DNA of 64,000 nucleotides from Escherichia coli (GTDB lineage Bacteria; Pseudomonadota; Gammaproteobacteria; Enterobacterales; Enterobacteriaceae): NCBI RefSeq assembly GCF_009931435.1, contig NZ_CP043414.1; one strand, 5' to 3'. Shown piece by piece: positions 56,153 to 64,000 of this stretch (position 1 is its first letter; each line of letters starts with the position of its first letter). The notes under the pieces were generated by a model. It saw only the letters and a program-made list of their open reading frames with translations, ran no database searches and was not told where the DNA came from. The position numbers and the translations under genes were made by a program.

Positions 56153-59100
56153 TTTCTTATTCCTCTCGATGTTCTCTGTTTCATTTTAGCTAAAATTTCA
56201 CCCAAATCATCTATCCCTGCTGTTGCTGGCCCATCGGGTTTATTAATGTCTGGGAATAAATAGGGTTCTGCACAAGTATATCCTGGTGGTAATTGAGTTG
56301 TTGGCCAATTTGTCTGTGGCAGGTAATCACTTGCTGTCTTTGTATCCATCCCTGGATACTGGGGATCATCCTGTGGCGTACAAGTCAGATTTGGTTTTAC
56401 CCACTTCCTGCAATACAGTGTGTAGTCGTAAGGGCTTAATGCTCTGAAGAATGTTTTGAAAACATTAGGCGCACTACTGGCCTGGTCAATAGGATATGGC
56501 AGTCTTAATTGTTTCGCTATGTCTGGCAATTTACTTGGATCGGGCGTAGGCGGTTTGTTGGGTCTCGCTCCATATCCGCCATTATTTAAGTGTCCATATT
56601 TTGATGCCAGTCCCATTGAATCTATATACTGAACCGGATTCAACGGATACTGATAAAAATTCCACCCGCCTTCCAGCCCAATCGGATCCTGAGTGATATA
56701 CCGCCCCTGCAGCGGGTCATAATAGCGATGGCGGTTGTAATACAGGCCGGACTCCTCCTCATACTGCTGACCCGGCAGGCGGATGAGCTGCTGCAGCTGG
56801 TGCGGGTTCTCTTCATTCAGCAGGTTGCCCCACTCATCGTATTCTGCGCACCATTCTGTTGCCCCTTCCGTGCTGACAAGCGCCAGCGGCAGGCCGCGAT
56901 GGTCGCAGTGGTACAGGTGGATTTTTCGCGCCGGCGTGTACACCGGGTCCATCTGGTTTTGCATCTGCTCCACCGTCAGGCCGCACGATGCCAGCCAGCG
57001 GCGGCTTTCCTCACTCACCCGGTCAGCCAGGATTTCACTTTCCAGCCGGTCGGGCATCTGCACCAGCACCGGCGGGAACACCACATGGCCACCGTCTTCA
57101 CCGCCGGACTGCTGAAGAGCGTCCGCCAGGCTGCGGCGCTGCGTTTTCGCCAGCTCACCGGTGGCGGTTTCAACTCTGATGAGTGGTGCGAAGCTCCCCG
57201 GCTGATAAACCGTCTGGATGCGGGTTCTGTCGTTCTGTATCGTGGTCAGCCGGTCGCCGTCCCAGCCGTACCAGGTCACTTCCGGTTTCCGTGACAGCGA
57301 CATCCAGCCCGTCAGGTCCCGTTCACGCCGCCACACCCGTTTTGCCACCCTGCGGCCCAGCGGGTCGTAAAGATAGCGACTTTCGACCAGCGGCTCTGCA
57401 TATTGTGTCCGCGTGTAGTGCACCAGCCGGTGCTGACTGTCGTAATGGTACCGGTGAGTCCGCTCATCATCCGTGCGGATAACCCCTTCCGGGATGAGGT
57501 CGGTTTTCTCCGTCAGCCTGCCGTGACGGTCATACCGGTAAAGATAGTGCGCGTCACGTGTTATACGATTATCCGGCCATATGCAGAGGGTGCTGTCCGG
57601 GTGCAGCTCCGGGTCAGGCAGGCGGTTACCTGCCGGGTCCGTGGCATACGGGATGCGGATATCCAGATTTGAGGTGGTGGTGTGGACGCCGGTCAGCCTG
57701 CCGGAGTCGCTGTAGCTGTAACTCCGGGTCTGGCGCGGGCTGCTGATGCGAATGAGTTCGCCGTTGTCGTTCCAGGTGTAATCGCGGTCATACTGCAGGC
57801 TGTTCAGGTGCTGGCTCTGTAACTGCCCGGCAGGGGTGTAAGCGGTGGTGAGTTCATAACGGCCGAAGCTGCGCAGCGTTTCCCGGTGCAGGCGGTCGCG
57901 GGTGAAATCCACCAGCGGTGTGTCGCCGAGTTTCATCCCTGCCAGGTAACCACTGCCATAAGTCAGCCATTCCACGGCGGGCAGGCTGTCCGGTATACAG
58001 CGGTTCGCCAGCCCCTGCGCGTTGTACGCATGTCTGGTTTCATGCTGCCAGAGCAGTGCTTCCGTCTGCGGGTGATGCACCGTCTGGCGCTCACCGGTCA
58101 GGCGGCCTTTCTCATCATACCCGTAATGCACCGTCACCCGGTGCCCTTCGCTGAGATGGCTGATGCCTGTCAGCCAGCCGCGTTCGTCGTACCGCCACTG
58201 TTCTGCGGTTTCACCATTCACCGTTCGCTGCGTGATGCGGTCTGCTTCGTCATAGTGCCAGTGGGTGACCAGTCCCTCATCCTCGCTGCGGATAAGTTTG
58301 CCGGTCAGGTCGTGGTGATAACGCTGTGTGCGGCCGTCAAAGCCGGTTTCCTGTATCAGCCGGTCGAGTACATCGTAACGGAAGGTGGTGTGGCTGCCGT
58401 TTTCGTTTGTCAGGCGGATGACCCGTCCTGCAGCATCGTATTCCATACTGCGGGTCAGCCCGCCCTGCGTGGTACGGACGGCCTTTCCCCACGCATCGTA
58501 CTGTGCCCCGTATCTGCTGCCGTCCGGGGCAATGACGGTGGTCAGGTCACCGGCGGCGTTGTATTCATACCGCGTTTCATGGCCCTGCGTGTCTTTCACC
58601 GCAATTAACTGTCCATGGCTGTCGTATGCGCGGCACTGGCTCAGGCCTTCCTCGCGGTGCACCGCCGTCATCTGCCCGAAGCGGTCATGGTCATAACGGG
58701 TCTGGTAGCCGGAACAGTCGGTGAAGGTCAGCAACTGACCGTAACGGCTCCACGTCATGGTTTTCCGGCTGCCGGTGGCATCTTCCGTTGCGCAGGGGAA
58801 GTCACTGTGTGGATTATCATAACGGTAGCGGATGATATCGCCGTCAGGGGCAGTTTCCTGAATCAGACGGCCGGATTCATCATATTCCCGGCGTATTTCC
58901 AGCCCGTCAGGCCCGGTGGCTGACGTTAACTGGTTGTGGTGGTTATAGTAAAACGCCGATGCCCTGCCATCCGGCGTGGTGATGCGCGTGATGAGTCCCG
59001 TCACCACATCCGGGCTGTATTCTGTTGTCCGGCCTGCGGCATCCGTCTGTGTCCTGAGCCTGCCCACCGCGTCAAACTGACTCTGCGTGACGCTGCCGTC

Positions 59101-60348
59101 CGCGTGTTCCTTTTTCACCACCCGCTTCAGCCCGCCTTCGCCTGCGGTATGCAGGACTTCATGGCGGTCCAGGCTGTCGGTGATGGTGATGCGGTCTTTC
59201 TCATACTGATACGTGTAGCTTAAGCCTGCCGGGTTTAGCTGTTCTGTCACCCGCCCGTCGCTGTCGTAACGGTAACGGATTTCCGGCCGGCCCGTGTGAC
59301 GGTGCGCCACCATCCGGCCCCGGTATTTATCATCGTAAGTAAAGCTGCGCACCTGTGTATTGCTGCGGTCATACACCGCCGCCAGTTCGCCGCGCGGCGT
59401 CCAGCCATAGCGCACCAGCGGCGTGGCTGGCAGGTTGTCCGGGTATTCCGGGTCGTGCGTCAGCCACACGGCAGACAGACGGATACCGTTGTCCCGGCCA
59501 TATTCCGTGTAGTCCGGCAGGGTATCAGGAAAAGCGGACTGTTCCGCCCCGCCGGAAGAGGCCTGCTGCCGGGCCTCTTCTGCCCGCTGCGCCTGCGTGG
59601 TCAGTGCCAGCCGGAAGTGACGCCCGGCACCATCCGTCACGCCGGTGATTTCGCCGCTGAATTCACCGGCGGCTTCGCGGTGAAACGTCTGTGTGCGCCC
59701 GAAGCGGTCCACCAGCCCGGTCAGTACCCGGTACGGCGGCAGCGGCGCGGGCAGCACCTCATCCGCCTCCGGCACCCGCTCACACCAGCCGAGTACCCAC
59801 CACGGCCCCTGCGGACTGTTCGTCGCCAGATAACGATGCGGACTCAGGCGAAGCTCTTCCGGCAGCGCCTGCCAGAGTGCGGCCAGCCGGTGACCTTCAT
59901 CCAGTCTCAGGACGCCGCCGCGCACCAGCCAGAGTGACTCGCTGCGGCTGTAACCGTCCTCACCGGGAAACAGGTGCTCAAAATACAGGCTTCTGCCGCC
60001 GTTATCACTGAGTATCAGTGTGTTATCGCGCAGCTGTAAGCGGATATCCGCAGGCATTTTCCAGCCGGGGCCGAGAATACCCACCGGCGCGGGCGTTTTT
60101 GTCCGGTAACTGCTGTACGTGCGGGAGAGGATGAACGGCAGCGGTCCGGGCAGGGCAATGTCTGTCTCGCCGGGAAGGACCTTTGCACCGAGCAGGGGAT
60201 TGACCGGATGGCCGGACGTCACCCCGCCGGGGCACACCGAACAGGCCACGCCGGTGGGGGCACCAATACGTACCCCGGCTGAACCCTGAACAATGCTACC
60301 GCCATACTGCGTCATGTCGCCCTGACGCGCCGCCGGTTTTCCGCTCAT
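56149..60348 (-). CDS. rhsB: Rhs protein: N-terminal PAAR-like region, YD-repeat core, variable C-terminal toxin tip
   Basis: 1399 aa; N-terminus contains a literal PAAR motif ([11 protein letters not shown]...); GC-rich core with YD repeats; DPIGL core/tip boundary encoded at 56674-56688; 174 aa AT-richer C-terminal tip. Located beside the nik operon as rhsB is in E. coli. Confidence 0.9.
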
Positions 60349-60550
60349 CGTAAAATCCTTTTCTATTATTTTAATGACAGTATCTTCATACGAAAAAGCG
60401 AAGAAAAACTTGTGGTCACAATGAATTGAAGATTTTTAGGAATATATTTAGAACGTTACAAAAGAGAAGGTTCGGATAGGGTATTTAGAGAGGAATCAGG
60501 TGTGCTAGTGGCCCTTTGTTGATCGTTCACCAAAGGACCCAATAATAGGC

Positions 60551-63353
<2,803 letters not shown>

Positions 63354-63357
<4 letters not shown>

Positions 63358-64000
63358 GCGTGCGCTCCTTCATGACGACGAATGCGCGGGTCCAGCGCGG
63401 CGTTGAGCAAATCGACAATCAAATTACAGACCACAAAAACCACCACCATCATCAGCGTAAAGCATTGGATCACCGGATAGTCACGGTTAAAAATCGCCGA
63501 CACCGCATAGCGCCCGACGCCCGGCCAGGCAAAGATGTTTTCGATAATCATCGTCCCGCCAATCAGTTCGCCAATGTGCATCCCCACGGCGGTGATCATC
63601 GGCAGCGAGGCATTGCGCAGGATATGGCGGCGTTCGGTCTGTTTGTCGTTCAGGCCGCGCAGTCGCGCCCAGGTCACATGACGCTGACCGGCGACGTCCA
63701 GCATGCTGGCGCGCAGCAGACGCGCGTTAATCGCCAGCGACATAAAGGCGATGGAAACCGCAGGCAAAATGATGTGCTGCCAGCCGCCGTAACCCATCGC
63801 GGGCAGCCATTGCAGATACACTGAAAATGCCATCACCAGTAAAAACGCCAACCAGAAGTTGGGCATTGAAACGCCAAGAAACGCGATAAAACGCACGGCG
63901 AAATCCGGCAGGCGGTCGCGATGGCGCGCCGCCCAGATGCCGAGCGGCACGGAAGTGAGCAGAATTAATACCAGCGCCGCGCCCGCCAGTTCCAGCGTGG
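63354..64000 (-). CDS. nikB: Nickel ABC transporter permease NikB, C-terminal part; gene continues beyond the window end
   Basis: Minus-strand frame is open from 64000 down to the stop at 63354 (...[29 protein letters not shown]...); DppB/OppB-type permease; overlaps the nikC start. Confidence 0.85.

Noticed and set aside
56728-60011. Many plus-strand ORFs (up to 240 aa) inside the rhsB core
   Set aside because: The GC-rich, repetitive Rhs core generates open antisense frames; the proteins are low complexity (Arg/Pro/Ala-rich) and lack start-site signals.

Overview
The window reads as an Escherichia coli chromosomal segment, reverse-complemented relative to the usual K-12 map. Gene identities are from my own reading of the six-frame translations and remembered E. 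coli synteny; no database search was run. Order: treF (partial), yhjA, then the acid fitness island (gadA, gadX, gadY sRNA, gadW, mdtF, mdtE, gadE, hdeD, hdeA, hdeB, yhiD ... dctR, slp). A roughly 9 kb chu heme-uptake locus (chuVUYXWT divergent from chuAS) sits between yhiD and dctR, so this is not a K-12-like strain. Then yhiS, arsRBC, the agrA/agrB/dinQ tandem repeat region, gor, rlmJ, prlC, rsmJ, dtpB, uspA, uspB, pitA, yhiN, yhiM, the tandem paralogs yhiL and yhiJ, yhiI-rbbA-yhhJ, a decayed H-repeat/Rhs accessory region, rhsB with an overlapping immunity gene, and nikR-nikE-nikD-nikC-nikB (nikB partial). No rRNA, tRNA or CRISPR array was seen. The best candidate for something undescribed is the yhiL/yhiJ pair: both carry an ordered set of PPP-family metallophosphatase motifs (GDxDG, GDxxGDR, GNHE, HHG). 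Other points worth a second look are a stand-alone pentapeptide-repeat gene beside an Rhs core remnant, the RhsB C-terminal tip with a signal-peptide immunity protein, and pentapeptide-like repeats in yhiS.
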